This document shows positions 34,701 to 49,299 of a stretch of 50,598 nucleotides of DNA, piece by piece. Within the stretch, counting starts at the first letter, position 1. The number at the start of each line of letters is the position of its first letter. Made by a program: the position numbers and the translations under genes. The stretch is from Fonticula alba ATCC 38817 (taxonomy: Eukaryota; Protista; Nucleariida): assembly GCA_000388065.2 (NCBI GenBank), contig KB932204.1. One strand, written 5' to 3'. The notes under the pieces were generated by a model. That model saw only the letters and a program-made list of their open reading frames with translations. It ran no database searches and was not told the origin of the DNA.

Positions 34701-36396
34701 CTGGGCCGCCCCGGGTGGTATGGGGGCGATTGCCCGGCCAGCGGCGGCCGCAACCTCGGCACAGGTCGGCCCGGCTCTGCACCGGGGCCCTCTTTTTATT
34801 TTTCACCACCCGTGCCACCCGATGACTGAGCGGACTCCGATTGTCGGCAAACGGCCGCCCCACGTAGGGGGGGCTTCCGCTGCCAGCGGGGTGGAGCAAC
34901 GTCGCGCGGGAGTCCCGCACCTGGGGGCCGTTCTCCCAACCCCCGCGCCGCAGACGCGGGGGGGGNNNNNNNNNNNNNNNNNNNNNNNNNNNNNNNNNNN
35001 NNNNNNNNNNNNNNNNNNNNNNNNNNNNNNNNNNNNNNNNNNNNNNNNNNNNNNNNNNNNNNNNNNNNNNNNNNNNNNNNNNNNNNNNNNNNNNNNNNNN
35101 NNNNNNNNNNNNNNNNNNNNNNNNNNNNNNNNNNNNNNNNNNNNNNNNNNNNNNNNNNNNNNNNNNNNNNNNNNNNNNNNNNNNNNNNNNNNNNNNNNNN
35201 NNNNNNNNNNNNNNNNNNNNNNNNNNNNNNNNNNNNNNNNNNNNNNNNNNNNNNNNNNNNNNNNNNNNNNNNNNNNNNNNNNNNNNNNNNNNNNNNNNNN
35301 NNNNNNNNNNNNNNNNNNNNNNNNNNNNNNNNNNNNNNNNNNNNNNNNNNNNNNNNNNNNNNNNNNNNNNNNNNNNNNNNNNNNNNNNNNNNNNNNNNNN
35401 NNNNNNNNNNNNNNNNNNNNNNNNNNNNNNNNNNNNNNNNNNNNNNNNNNNNNNNNNNNNNNNNNNNNNNNNNNNNNNNNNNNNNNNNNNNNNNNNNNNN
35501 NNNNNNNNNNNNNNNNNNNNNNNNNNNNNNNNNNNNNNNNNNNNNNNNNNNNNNNNNNNNNNNNNNNNNNNNNNNNNNNNNNNNNNNNNNNNNNNNNNNN
35601 NNNNNNNNNNNNNNNNNNNNNNNNNNNNNNNNNNNNNNNNNNNNNNNNNNNNNNNNNNNNNNNNNNNNNNNNNNNNNNNNNNNNNNNNNNNNNNNNNNNN
35701 NNNNNNNNNNNNNNNNNNNNNNNNNNNNNNNNNNNNNNNNNNNNNGGGGGGGCGGCGCGCAGGCTCGAGCCCCCCCCCCCCAGAACGGCCCTCGGATGCT
35801 TCCCCTCTCCTGAGAGACGGGCGAGGGGGTGAGGGCCGGCATGGCGTGCTTCGCCGCCAGTGTGCCGGCACACTGGCGGGCGCCTACACACCTTCACCAG
35901 GCCATTTGTCAAATGGCATGGCATCCGGGCTGCCGCCTCCGGGGGATGCCTCGTCACAGCGTCTTCTCCCTCTCCCCTCCTCCCCCCTCTCCTCCTGCTA
36001 TTGGGCTGCCCCCGAACAACGTTCGCACCTCCTCCGCCGTCCCATCCCCCCCTTTTGCCTCCCCTCCCCCCCCCCCCCGATCCCTTCAACCGGTCCCCAC
36101 TGACGGCGGAGCAACTCCTACCTGGTGCGCCCTCCCCCCCCCCCCCCCCCTGCGCCCTCGCCACGCAGCTCCCTGCTCCGTGTGCCGATCCCACTCTGCT
36201 GTCCGATTGGGTCTCACTGGCCCTGCACGGCTCCCCTCAAGCTCCTGGCTTTCATTCCCTGGCTCCTGCGCTGTCCCCTAACACTGCCACTCTGCTGTGC
36301 TTTCGTGCTTGCTCCCCCCCGCCTCTCTCTCGCCCAAATCTCCTGTTGCCCTCCCCCCTCTCAGCTTCGGCGTCCTCATCAGTAGATCTCGGAGCC

Positions 36397-39300
36397 ATGT
36401 CTGAGTATGTTCAGACCTTCCTCCTCCCTCCAGCCCCCCACGCCCCCCTTTCCCGGTCTCGCTTTCTCCTTCCAATCTGCCCCTTTTCGCACCGATCCTA
36501 ATGTCTCTCTCCCTCCCCCCCCCCTTTCCCTCCCTCCACAGCATGGATTGGTTCTCGGTGCCCTTCCCAGGCCACCCAGCCACCGTCCTCTACATCAACC
36601 TTTCGCAGAATATCATTAGCTACTCGTATCCCGATGGAGCGGAGAGCATGTACGCATATGGTGCCACCGTGGTCCCCCCCCTCTCTCTCTCTCCCTCTCT
36701 TAGTCTCCCGCGACCTGACACGTGTCCCGGCCGCCTTCGCATCCTCCCCTCTCTCCCCTCGCTGCGCATGTGCATAGCCACACCCCCGACGGTGCCGTCT
36801 GGTGGTGCTTCTCCGAGAACGATCACGCGGTTTACGTCGACGCTGAGGGCACCCACAAGGTGTCGTACGCCCCCTTCGACGAGCACTGCTTCGTGGTCTA
36901 CCTGGACTCGTACCGCGGCTCCGTCAATGACTCCTCCGTGGACGATCTGACCAGTCACCTGGCTCAGAGTGCGTTCTCCCGGTCCCCTCCCTTACCATCC
37001 CACACACGCATACACCTTCCAGCCTGGCCCCCCCCCCCGCCTGCTCACGATTCTCCCTTCTCCCCCTCGGTCCTTGCCCCCTCCCCCCCTCCCCCCCCCC
37101 TGCCGCCGCCGCCGCCACGCACGCACACAGTCCCCCTGGACTCCACTGTCCCGGAGAATGACGACGAATACTACGAGGAGTATGACGAGTCGCATGGCGA
37201 CCATTCCACGGACTTCCACAATCCCATGGGTGCACATGCCGTGGGTGGCTTCGCTCCGCCGATGGTCCCGCCTCCGGCGGCGTCTTGCTGGACGCAAGAC
37301 ACCGACGAGGAAGATGCCAACTCCTGGAACGACGCCCCGGCCGACGACACGGCTTCTGCCACAGGTCTGGGCGGCTTTGGCGGCCCCCCGGACACCGCCG
37401 ACACCTCCTCCATCAGCAGCGGGTTTGCCCCGCCACCCGTGGCCTTCCTCTCGCCCGCCACCTCGGCCAATCACATCGGCGACGCGGTCCATGCGGAGGC
37501 CGCGGCCCACGCCGACCAGGCACAGCAGCATCCCCAGGCCGAAGAGCCGGCCGCCGGCTTCCCCTCCCCCCCGCGGCCGGCCGTCCCGCCAGCCCGCCCG
37601 CCGACCGACCTGCAGAGTGCCCCTCTGCTTCCGGGCTGGTCGCAGATCCTCGACACCAGCAGCGGTCGCAACTACTACGTCAACTCGGCCACCGGTGAGA
37701 CCACCTGGTCGCGGGCCATCGCCACTGGCCGGACTGACTCGGCTGTGCCGAACCAGAATGCCTCTACCAGCCGGCCGACGTCGGCCGCCCCGCGCCGGCC
37801 GCCCCCCCGCCCGGCTGGTGCCGATGCCAACGCCGCTGCCAGCTCGGATGGTTCGTTGTTCGGCAAACATGCCACCTTTGGGGGCGGACAGGCCTGTGTG
37901 TCCGGCCTCCTCCCCCCTCCCCCCCTCCCCCCCAATCTCTGCCCATCGCACCCTGTCCCCGACTACTGCTGACTCTTTCTCTTTTTCTCTCTTCTCCGCC
38001 CCCCCCCCCCCCCCCATCTGTCGCCCTTGCCTGTGCACGATGCGANNNNNNNNNNNNNNNNNNNNNNNNNNNNNNNNNNNNNNNNNNNNNNNNNNNNNNN
38101 NNNNNNNNNNNNNNNNCCCCCCCGCGCGCGCGCGCGCCATGCCATTTTCCCCGGCCTCTGCTTGTCCTCCCCTTATGTCCCTCTCTCGCCACCTGCCGCC
38201 GGCCATAGCCCCTGCCACCTCCGGCGCCCCGAAGACCGTCGGCGTGGCCGAGAACCTGGCCTTCGACCCGTCGCAGTTCTCCGGCAGCCCCGCCCACAGC
38301 AGCCAGGTGGACGCGTTGCACGACCAGATCCGGGACTTCCAGTTCGATGGGTTTGCCCAGAAGAACTTCACGGTCCACAAGAAGGGCCTCTTCCGCCGGC
38401 GGGTACCACTGGAGAGCATGCTTCGCTGGACCAAGGACATGCTCCCGTCGCCCCTGCTGCAGGTCCCCAACAAGGGCATGCATAAGGATGCCCTGAACTG
38501 CTGGCGGCATCTGCAGCGGGCCATGGGCGACCGGTCCGGTGGGCTGGTCATTCCCAAGGCCCCGGGCGGTGGGTCTTCTCCAGGGCTCTCGGCCTCGGAT
38601 GCCCCGCAGGAGGATGCCTCCCTGCGACTGCCCTATGTGTCGGCCATTGCCGCGGCCTTCCAGCCGCTGGTCGATGTGGGTGTCAACCGCGGGGCCATGC
38701 GCGATGAGCTGTATGTCCAGCTGTGCAAGCAGCTGAATGGCAACCAGAACACCGTGTCCATCATGCTTGGCTGGGCCCTGATGGCGGTGTATGCCGTGTC
38801 CTTCCCTCCGTCGAAGGACTTCGACAACTACCTGCTTAGCTTCACGGCCGACCGGCTGATCGGCGTGGCCCCGATGACCAGCGAAGGGTACACCGGGCTT
38901 GGCCTGACCCCTCCCGGCCCGGCGGACTCCGGGACCAACATCCCCCCGCCGAGCATGTCCCCGGCCAGTGCCGATCGCATTGCCACGTACATCCAATTTT
39001 GCCAGCGCAAGCTTCGGCACATTGCTGTGGTCGGGCCGCGCGGGAAAACGCCGACCCTTGGCGAGCTGGAGCGCGCCGTCGAGGCGCCCATCCGGCCGTC
39101 GGTCTTCGGCGAGCCACTGGAGGAGGTCATGCGCCTGCAGCAGCGTGCCTGCCCGGAGATGAGCATCCCCCGGATCCTGCCCTTCCTGACGGACGCCATT
39201 GTGCGCCTGGGTGGCGAGCGGACTGAGGGCATTTTCCGGTGCGCATCTTCCCGTCTCTCCTGCCTTTTCATGCCTGCCTCTCTTCCTCTCCCCCCCCCCC

Positions 39301-40040
39301 CCCCCCNNNNNNNNNNNNNNNNNNNNNNNNNNNNNNNNNNNNNNNNNNNNNNNNNNNNNNNNNNNNNNNNNNNNNNNNNNNNNNNNNNNNNNNNNNNNNN
39401 NNNNNNNNNNNNNNNNNNNNNNNNNNNNNNNNNNNNNNNNNNNNNNNNNNNNNNNNNNNNNNNNNNNNNNNNNNNNNNNNNNNNNNNNNNNNNNNNNNNN
39501 NNNNNNNNNNNNNNNNNNNNNNNNNNNNNNNNNNNNNNNNNNNNNNNNNNNNNCCTCCTTGCCCGGTGTTCGGTGCTGTCACGCAGTGTGCCCGGCGATA
39601 CGGAAATGATCAGCGAGCTGCGCCTGCGCATTGACAACCAGAACTTCGTCCTGGAGGGCATCACGGACCCTTGCGTGCCGGCCGGCCTGTTCAAGCTCTG
39701 GTTGCGCGAGCTGACCGATCCGCTGATTCCGCACGACCTGTATGACGCTTGTGTCGGGGCGAGCTCCGACACCGCGGCCTGCCTGGCCCTTCTGGACAAG
39801 GTCCCGGAAATGAGCCGCCGGGTGATCGAGTATGTCATCCGCTTCCTGCAGCGCGTGGCCCGGCCGGAAAACCAGGTCCACACGAAGATGGGCCCGGCCA
39901 ACTTGGCCATGGTCTTCGCGCCGAACTTCCTCCGCTGTCCCTCGTCCGATCCGATGGTCATCCTGGAGTACACCAAGTATGAGCAGACCTTCGTCATGCA
40001 GCTTATCGAGAACCTGCCCGCTGCGGCCCCGGCCCAGTGA
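36397..40040 (+). CDS. ARHGAP39: WW-MyTH4-RhoGAP protein (ARHGAP39/Vilse-like), multi-exon
   Basis: WW: LPGWSQILDTSSGRNYYVNSATGETTW. MyTH4: MRDELYVQLCKQLNGN...GWALMAVYAVSFPPS. RhoGAP: VFGEPL...EGIFRVPG...LFKLWLRELTDPLIP...KMGPANLAMVFAPN, with the arginine finger present. An 8-nt first coding exon (ATGTCTGA|gtatgt) is tentative. Confidence 0.9.
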
Positions 40041-41176
40041 TGGCGTGCATGCGGACGGAAGGGGGGAGCAGTGGGTGCGGGCGCGCATGCACGCGCTCGC
40101 GCTGTGTCATGTGCACAGGCAGCGGCGGAGGAATTGCGCGCGCATATGTGTGACCTGTGTGTTGTGCGGGGGCGCGATCGTGCACGAGGAGGCCTAAAGG
40201 AAGAGCAGGGTCCAGACAAGCATGTGTTGCCCCTTTGCTTTTCTCTTTCACGTGCTCTTTCCCTCCCTCTCTCTCTCTCTCTCTCTCTCNNNNNNNNNNN
40301 NNNNNNNNNNNNNNNNNNNNNNNNNNNNNNNNNNNNNNNNNNNNNNNNNNNNNNNNNNNNNNNNNNNNNNNNNNNNNNNNNNNNNNNNNNNNNNNNNNNN
40401 NNNNNNNNNNNNNNNNNNNNNNNNNNNNNNNNNNNNNNNNNNNNNNNNNNNNNNNNNNNNNNNNGGGGGGGGGGGGCATCTCTGGGCCGTTCCCCTCTCA
40501 TGGCCTTCTCCTTTCTCGATGGCGCGTTGTCCCAACGCCAATTGGTCATCTGCCTGGGAGCAGTCCCCCCTCTTTGCCTTCTTGAGCATGCGAAAGATGC
40601 ATGCGTTGGGAGGGCCATTTCGCACCATCATGCTCCCCTCTGCGGCACTGTCCCCTCCGTCAGGCCTTTGGTGACAGGGCCACCTTGGTATGTTCGATAA
40701 TCCCCCCCCCCCCTCCCTCCCCCCCGGGCATCGTTTCAGATGAACCCCGAAGGGGCCACGCCGCAGGGGAATATGACAGGGGCTGTTTCTTTGGCAGCGG
40801 GCGGCGCGAAGGGACGCTGCTAGCTCTGGTCTCTTGTGTCGCCTGGATTCTGGACCGCGGCCTGCACTTTCCCCTCTCTATCATCCCGAGCGATGATGGA
40901 GTCCCACCGATCAAAATGAAAAGCACTGGGCGGATCGGCAAAGATGTCCATGTGAAAGTGTTGATGTATTTGGACACACACACACACACACAGACACGGC
41001 CGTGTGTCGCCGTGCTGGTGGAGGAGGGGGAGGAGGGGGGAAGGGGACCTCTTGCCGCGCCAGGCAGCCGAAGGACCCAGGGAGGGGCGCGGGGGAGAAA
41101 AAGCGAAGACCCGAGAAGAGGAGGGGCTCCTGGTGAGGTGGAGGAGACTCGACCGGGGGGGGGGGGGGGGGGAGAC

Positions 41177-42286
41177 TTACTCCTCGTAGACGTCGAGCTT
41201 CCAGAAGTTCTTGGGCTCAACAACGCGCAGGTTGGTGGAGCCAAGAGTGGCGATGGACTGCATGTGCTTCTCGGTCAGCTCGAAGTCGAAGACCTTGAAG
41301 TTCTCGACGATGCGCTCCCTGGGGGTAAGAGCGAAGGAGGGGGGGTGGGGGGGTGGGGAGAGGGAACGTCAGCACTTGCTGGGACACATGGGGAGGGCCA
41401 GCCAGCTCTGGCCAAATGCATGTAAAGACACCTCCCCCCGCCAGGCATGTGTAAGGGGACGCACTCCTTGACAGACTTGGGGATGACAACGGTCTGGCGC
41501 TGGATGGCCCAGCGAATGAGAATCTGGGCGGGGGTGCGCTTGAGCTCCTCGGCGATCTCGAGGATGACCGGCTCCTTGAGGGGGGCCTTCTCGTTGCCGG
41601 AGCCGAGGGGAGAGTAGGCGGTGACCTGGTGCATGGGAGAAGGAGGGGGAGGATGGTGTCAGACACATTGGCGAGGCACGGGCACAAGGGGGAAGGCCGA
41701 GGGAGATAAATGGCGCGCCCGGGCGGCACACACGCACCTGGATGGAGTTCTGCAGGCAGTACTGGACCAGCTCCTCCTGAGGCAGGTACGGGTGAAGCTC
41801 GATCTGCAGGTTGGCCGGCTTGATGCGAGCCTCGGCCATGAGGGCCTTCATGCGGCGCAGGTTGAAGTTGCTGACACCGATGTGGCTGACATGGCCGTTG
41901 TCGACGAGCTTCTCCATCTCGCGCCAGGTGGCCAGGATGGACTCATCGGAGGCCAGGGCCTGGTTGACGTTGCCAGCCTCGGCGGTCACCGGCCAGTGGA
42001 TGAGATACAGGTCGAGCTTCTTGAGCTGCAGGTCGGCCAGGGTCTTCAGGCAGGCGGCCTCCACGCGGGAGGGGTCGTGCTCGGTGTTCCACAGCTTCGA
42101 GGTGATGAAGACCTCCTCGCGCTTGACCTCGCCAGTGGCGAAGGCCTTGGTCAGGGCGTCACCGACCTCCTTCTCGTTCTGGTCTGTGAGGCGTTGAGGT
42201 GCGGTGTGTGTGTGTGTGTGAGTGTGTGTGGGGAAGGGGAAGGGGGGAGGTGGAGAAGGGTCGGCCAATTCCCCGGGTGGGGATCG

Positions 42287-42332
<46 letters not shown>

Positions 42333-42554
42333 GTGGATGTGGCCGCGACAGGCGAGGGGGGTGACAGAGGGGGGGGGGGACGCACAGATGGCGGCGCAGT
42401 CGATGTGGCGGTAGCCGCCCTTGGTGAGGGCGTAGAAGACGGCATTGCCAACCTCGTTGACCTTGGACTGCCAGGTGCCCAGGCCGACGGAGGGCATGCG
42501 CAGGGTGGAACCGGCAAGGGTGATGAGGTGGGTGGTGGACGCGGGCTTGAACAT
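41177..42554 (-). CDS. Aldo-keto reductase (AKR1A/GCY1-like), multi-exon
   Basis: MPSVGLGTW / GYRHIDCAAIYQNEKEVG / FITSKLW / DLYLIHWP / IGVSNF / QIELHPY / AYSPLGS / VIPKS. The D-Y-K-H tetrad is intact, with the Tyr codon split by an intron. Confidence 0.95.
42290..42334. repeat. (GT/CA)n microsatellite in AKR intron 1, one of many CA/CT microsatellites in the window
   Basis: Direct reading. Similar tracts occur near 11520-11580, 21525-21550, 22058-22083 and 47402-47432. Confidence 0.9.
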
Positions 42555-44064
42555 TGTCGGGAAGGAGAGGGAGAAAAGGGGGCGGAGCAGGCGACAGGAA
42601 GAAATCCGGAGTGTGCTGGCTAGCGATTTGCTGGGGCCGAGCTGGCCGAGGGTCGGGGGGCTTTTATATCCGGGGCTCTGGGGGGGTGGGGGGGTGGACT
42701 CTCACATCTCCGGACCGATGGGGGCATACTCTCCCTTCGTCTTTGAGGGGGGGAGGGGGGGGGATGTGGGTTTGACGCTCGCCCCACTCTCGCCCCCCCC
42801 CCCCCCCCCCCCCTCTGGGGCTGTGTTGCTCTCGGGCCGGCGTCTAAGACCAGGCCTCCGGGCCGATCCTGTCCGCCCGGCCACTTCTCTCGAGAATGAT
42901 CGCTGGGCGTTTCGGTTGGCGGCCCCCCCTTCCCCAGGCAGATCGCCAACACCGGGACACCGGTCCGCGCGCCCGGCCTTCCGCGGGTTGACCCGGGGGC
43001 GCATCGTCGCACAGGGGCGGATGGATGGGAGGACCCGTCTCCCCGCCGCGGTGACCGGGGTCGGTGAGAGCCTGGGAGGTGCCAGCTGCCGGCGCCGGCT
43101 GTCGATCCCCTTCCGCCCGCACCCCGGGCTCCGCCAGGCAAGGGGCCCTGGGGCATTCGAGGCCAGATGTCTCCCCTGGAGGCGAGGGGCGGGGGGGGGG
43201 GGGGGCGGCGACACATGAAACAGGCAGCCCTCACTTTGCCTCTCTGTCACGACGAAAATGGGCCGGGGGCCGGTTTCCCTCGGCCCCGGGCCAGCGCGCC
43301 GGAGTCCCGCCAGCGGGGGCGCCCGGAGGCGGGGGCCGGCCGGGCCGCCCCGAGCGCCGTGTGCAATCAGCCCGTACACATTGCGCCAGGCGCTCTGCGG
43401 ACTAGACTAAATAATTGGTAGCTTGCTAAGCAGGGGGGGAGAAGTAAATAAAGGATTGAATAAGCTCGCGCGGCTTTGGCCAGAGGCCCAGGGCCGGGAC
43501 CGCTCCTCCCGGGCTGGCTCGGGCGTACTCCCGCGGGGGGTGGGGGGGGGGGGGGGCGGACGCCCGCCCAGTGGTCGAATATCAGTCAGTGACTTCTCCC
43601 GTCCGCGGGTCCTCCGAGAGGCGGGCAGGCGCGCCGTCTCCGGGCTGAATGTCGCCAGGCATGCCAGGCCCCGGAAGAAGGGGGCCTCTCGGTCTAAAAA
43701 AGACTATTATTACTCGAAAAAGGGGGGGGGGGGGGGGGAAAAACGTCCTTGCCCTCTTCCCCCTCGCGTCGCGTGCGAGGCGGCGGCATCATCGTGAGTT
43801 CCCTGCCCCCTTCCTGCTCCGAGAGCGTCGGTACGGGACTTGCTTTGGCCGGCGACAAGCACCAGCGGCCAGGGTGGGGGACAGGGGGGACGGGAGTTCA
43901 CAGGGCATGCGAGAGTGTTTTTCAAACGAGGCACCCCGTCCCTGTCGCGGAAAAGCGGCGCCAAGCGGTGGCACTTCAAGTTTTTTTGAGACGCCTGGCA
44001 GTGTAGGGGACTTTGGCCGGTGATTTGTCAGCAGCCGAAGGCGCGCCACCGGCGCATGGATATC

Positions 44065-44363
44065 AGATGAGAGTGGCCCGGCTACCGGCCACACGCCGAG
44101 GGTGCGTGATCCCGCGAGTGTTCGCCTCGCCCATTTAGGACCAGCCTCGGGCCGCCCTTTGGCCCGTCAGCCCCCGCCGCCTGGCCCCTGCTGCTCGGCT
44201 CGCGAGATCGGAAGAGCGTCGTGAGATGAGAGTGGCCCGGCTACCGGCCACACGCCGAGGGTGCGTGATCCCGCGAGTGTTCGCCTCGCCCATTTAGGAC
44301 CAGCCTCGGGCCGCCCTTTGGCCCGTCAGCCCCCGCCGCCTGGCCCCTGCTGCTCGGCTCGCG
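44065..44363. repeat. 140-bp perfect direct repeat separated by an Illumina adapter (artefact)
   Basis: 44065-44204 is identical to 44224-44363. Confidence 0.9.
44205..44223 (+). other. Illumina adapter contamination AGATCGGAAGAGCGTCGTG
   Basis: Exact 19-nt match to the start of the standard Illumina read-through adapter (AGATCGGAAGAGCGTCGTGTAGGGAAAG...). Confidence 0.95.
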
Positions 44364-45028
44364 GCCCGACCTCGGCGCCGGATGACCCGCTCGCCCTGGC
44401 GAGCACTATTGGCACTTTCGCCGGGTCATGTTTGCCGCCGGCGCGGGGACGAAGACCAAGTGTGCCCGGGCCTGGCTCGGGGGGGGCGAACGCCCGGCCC
44501 CGCGACATGCACTCAGTCTGCGCCGCGGCGCGAGGGGACACATGGCTCTGTTAGCACATCGCACCCGGAGGCTGCCCCCCCGCGGGCCGGCCCCCCCCCC
44601 CCCCCCCCCCCCAGGGCAGGGTGCAGGGCACCGGGAGCCTGCCCCTTGATACGCGCTGGTATTCGGGCGACCAGAGGCGGCAAGGGGGGAGGGGGCGGGG
44701 GGCAGACAGCCCGCTCAGGCAGGGGGGACCTGGCCCCTACGCCCCCCCTCCCCAGCCCCAGTCCCCCTTTCGCTGGGCCTCGATCGGGACACATCAAGTC
44801 CCAATTTCCCATCACCAGACTGGCAAAAAAGGCCGAGGGCGCGGCCCCGCCTGGAGGGGGCGGGGAGCCGAGCAGTATGGCCCGGGGGATCCCTCGGTTT
44901 AAAAGGGATCGCAGTTCGGGCATCAGCCAGGGCGCTGCGTGGCACCGTACTTTCTCCTCGCCCCCCCCCCCATCCCCCTGGTTCCGAGCTATCTAGTGCC
45001 TTCCTCGCTTTCGTTTCCCTCTGCCAAC

Positions 45029-45463
45029 ATGGTCATGCGTTATCGCCTTGTCGCCGATGCCGCGGCTCGCTTTGCCGACAGCGGCCGGGTCTTCCACGGC
45101 GGTGCCGTTGAGCTGGTGCACCTCTCCATGCGCGAGGCCTCGCTCCCGACATATCCCACGGCCACGGATATCCTGCACGCGTACAACACCCTGCCTGATG
45201 CGTCGCATTTGCGCGCCGGCGACTTTGTCGGCTGGCTGCCGGGCACGCGCGACGCATCCAGTACCGATGACTCGGAGATCCCCCTGTCCATCGATGTCCC
45301 GGAGCATGGCGGTCGTGATGGGCATGTTGCCATCTACGTCGGCCGGTCTGAGGACGAAGTTTTCGTCGACTGCCCGTACCCCGGGGCGCCAGCCCGCTGG
45401 GTCAAGTCCTACGCCACTCCTGTGCGGATTGTCCGCCCGCACCAGCTGAACTTTGACCTGTAA
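45029..45463 (+). CDS. Intronless 144-aa NlpC/P60 (peptidase C40 fold)-like protein, catalytic Cys apparently absent
   Basis: HLRAGDFVGW (cf. L.PGDLVFF), GHVAIYVG (cf. GHVGIYVG), VFVDCPYPGAPARW (cf. MI[HDE]AP.PG..VR), terminal RIVRP. ATG lies in CCAACATGG context after a pyrimidine tract. Confidence 0.7.
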   Translation: MVMRYRLVADAAARFADSGRVFHGGAVELVHLSMREASLPTYPTATDILHAYNTLPDASHLRAGDFVGWLPGTRDASSTDDSEIPLSIDVPEHGGRDGHVAIYVGRSEDEVFVDCPYPGAPARWVKSYATPVRIVRPHQLNFDL

Positions 45464-46266
45464 TCTCCGCCGGTTAGCTTGTGGTGGTGGAGGAGGGGGC
45501 GGCGTGAGTGACGCGTGCAAGCTCCCCCCCCCCCCCCCCCCCCCCCCCCCNNNNNNNNNNCCCCCCCCCCCCCCCCTTCCCCCGCTTCTCTCTCTCTCTC
45601 TCCCTCTCTCTCTCCCTCTTTCCTTCCTACTATCCACTTGAGCCCATGGTTCGTAGCTCACGCCCTGCCCCCAGTTTTCGGCGTGCGTGCGTGGAGGAAC
45701 GGCACCGTCGGCTGCGTGGCACACACGCTCACCCATCCTTCCCACCGTCTGATCGGACCTGCCACCAGGTCTTGGGATGTGTGTGTGTGTATTTGATCCA
45801 TGTTATCGATACACCAAATAGATGCCTCTCGCCTGTCCCTTTTCTCCTGAATTTGCGTTGCCCCTGTCGCGCATTGCCACCTTTGGTCGAGAGAGATACG
45901 TGTGCATGTGTGTGTGTGTGTGTGAGTAAACGGAGGAGAGGCGGCGGGGGACAGCAGTGTGGCCGTCTAACGAACTGCTCCGGTGCTGCCAATTTTTTCC
46001 CCTCCCCCGCTGGTGGGGAAGGCAGGAGCGAGGGGGGCGGGTTCTTTTTTTTTTTTTGTCGAAACAGGGGCAGATGCCACGGTGGGTGTGATAGATCGTT
46101 CTGTCCCTTTTGGCCGCTTGCCCATTTGCCCCACTCGCCCCCTGGTGCAGCAGGCGCGCGCGGACATGCAAGAGCACACACACGCAGCGAAAGTGCACAC
46201 AGAATGCAACTCCTCCGAAAAAGGGAAAGGCACGCTGGTGAATCAGCCATCCCTGACATGTGCCTA

Positions 46267-48551
<2,285 letters not shown>

Positions 48552-49219
48552 CTGCAGAGGCAGCCATGAAGGGGGGGGGGAGGGAGCGGGGAAAGATGAG
48601 CGACAAGTGTCAGGAGGGAGGCGCCAGTGCGTGTGCACAGCGGAGAGAGCGGGCAGATGAAGGCAGCCCCCCCGGGCAGTGGGGGACGTACTGTGGCCGG
48701 AGGGTGGAGGTGGGTGCAAGCAGGAGAATCGGCCTCGCACGGGGGGGGGGAGGGGGTGGAGTTTGGAGGGAGGTGAAGGTGCGCCGAGAGGGGGGTGTGA
48801 GGGGGGGGGGAGGGAGGAGGGAGCGCGGCACAGAGGGGCTGGGAGAGGGGGCGTCGAGAGTCGGCGCGCGGAGCGGTGCGAGGGGGCTGGGGGCGCCAGA
48901 TGTGCTCGGGGCGATTTCTCAAGTAGCCGGGGCTCTCACCGGCAAGCGTGCACACACCCGCCCCGGGGGCTCGGTGATCCTTCCGGCGGGGCGGGGCGGC
49001 CCCGGGAGTGGGACCTGCCGGTCGCGGGCCCCCTCGCTGGGCGTGCGGCCCGGCCCCGCGCGCGCGCCTGCGTAGCCCCGCAAACAAGAGGAGGGCCGCG
49101 GCCCCGCGCAAATTCTTGCTCCCAGGGGAGACAGCACGAACCCGGAGGGGGCCGGGCTGAGCGGGCGCAGCAGGCACCATCTAGAGAGCCCGGCAGGACG
49201 TCACACAAGCGGGCCGGCA

Positions 49220-49299
49220 GGCACGCCTCGGGGGCGCGCCGGGGGGGGGGGGGGNNNNNNNNNNGGCACGCCTCGGGGGCGCGCCGGGGGGGGGGGGGG
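49220..49299. repeat. ~35-bp duplication across a 10-N gap (assembly artefact)
   Basis: GGCACGCCTCGGGGGCGCGCC plus poly-G at 49220 and again at 49265. Confidence 0.85.

Noticed and set aside
44065-44363. 140-bp direct repeat as an LTR, CRISPR-like or regulatory duplication
   Set aside because: The spacer is an Illumina adapter.
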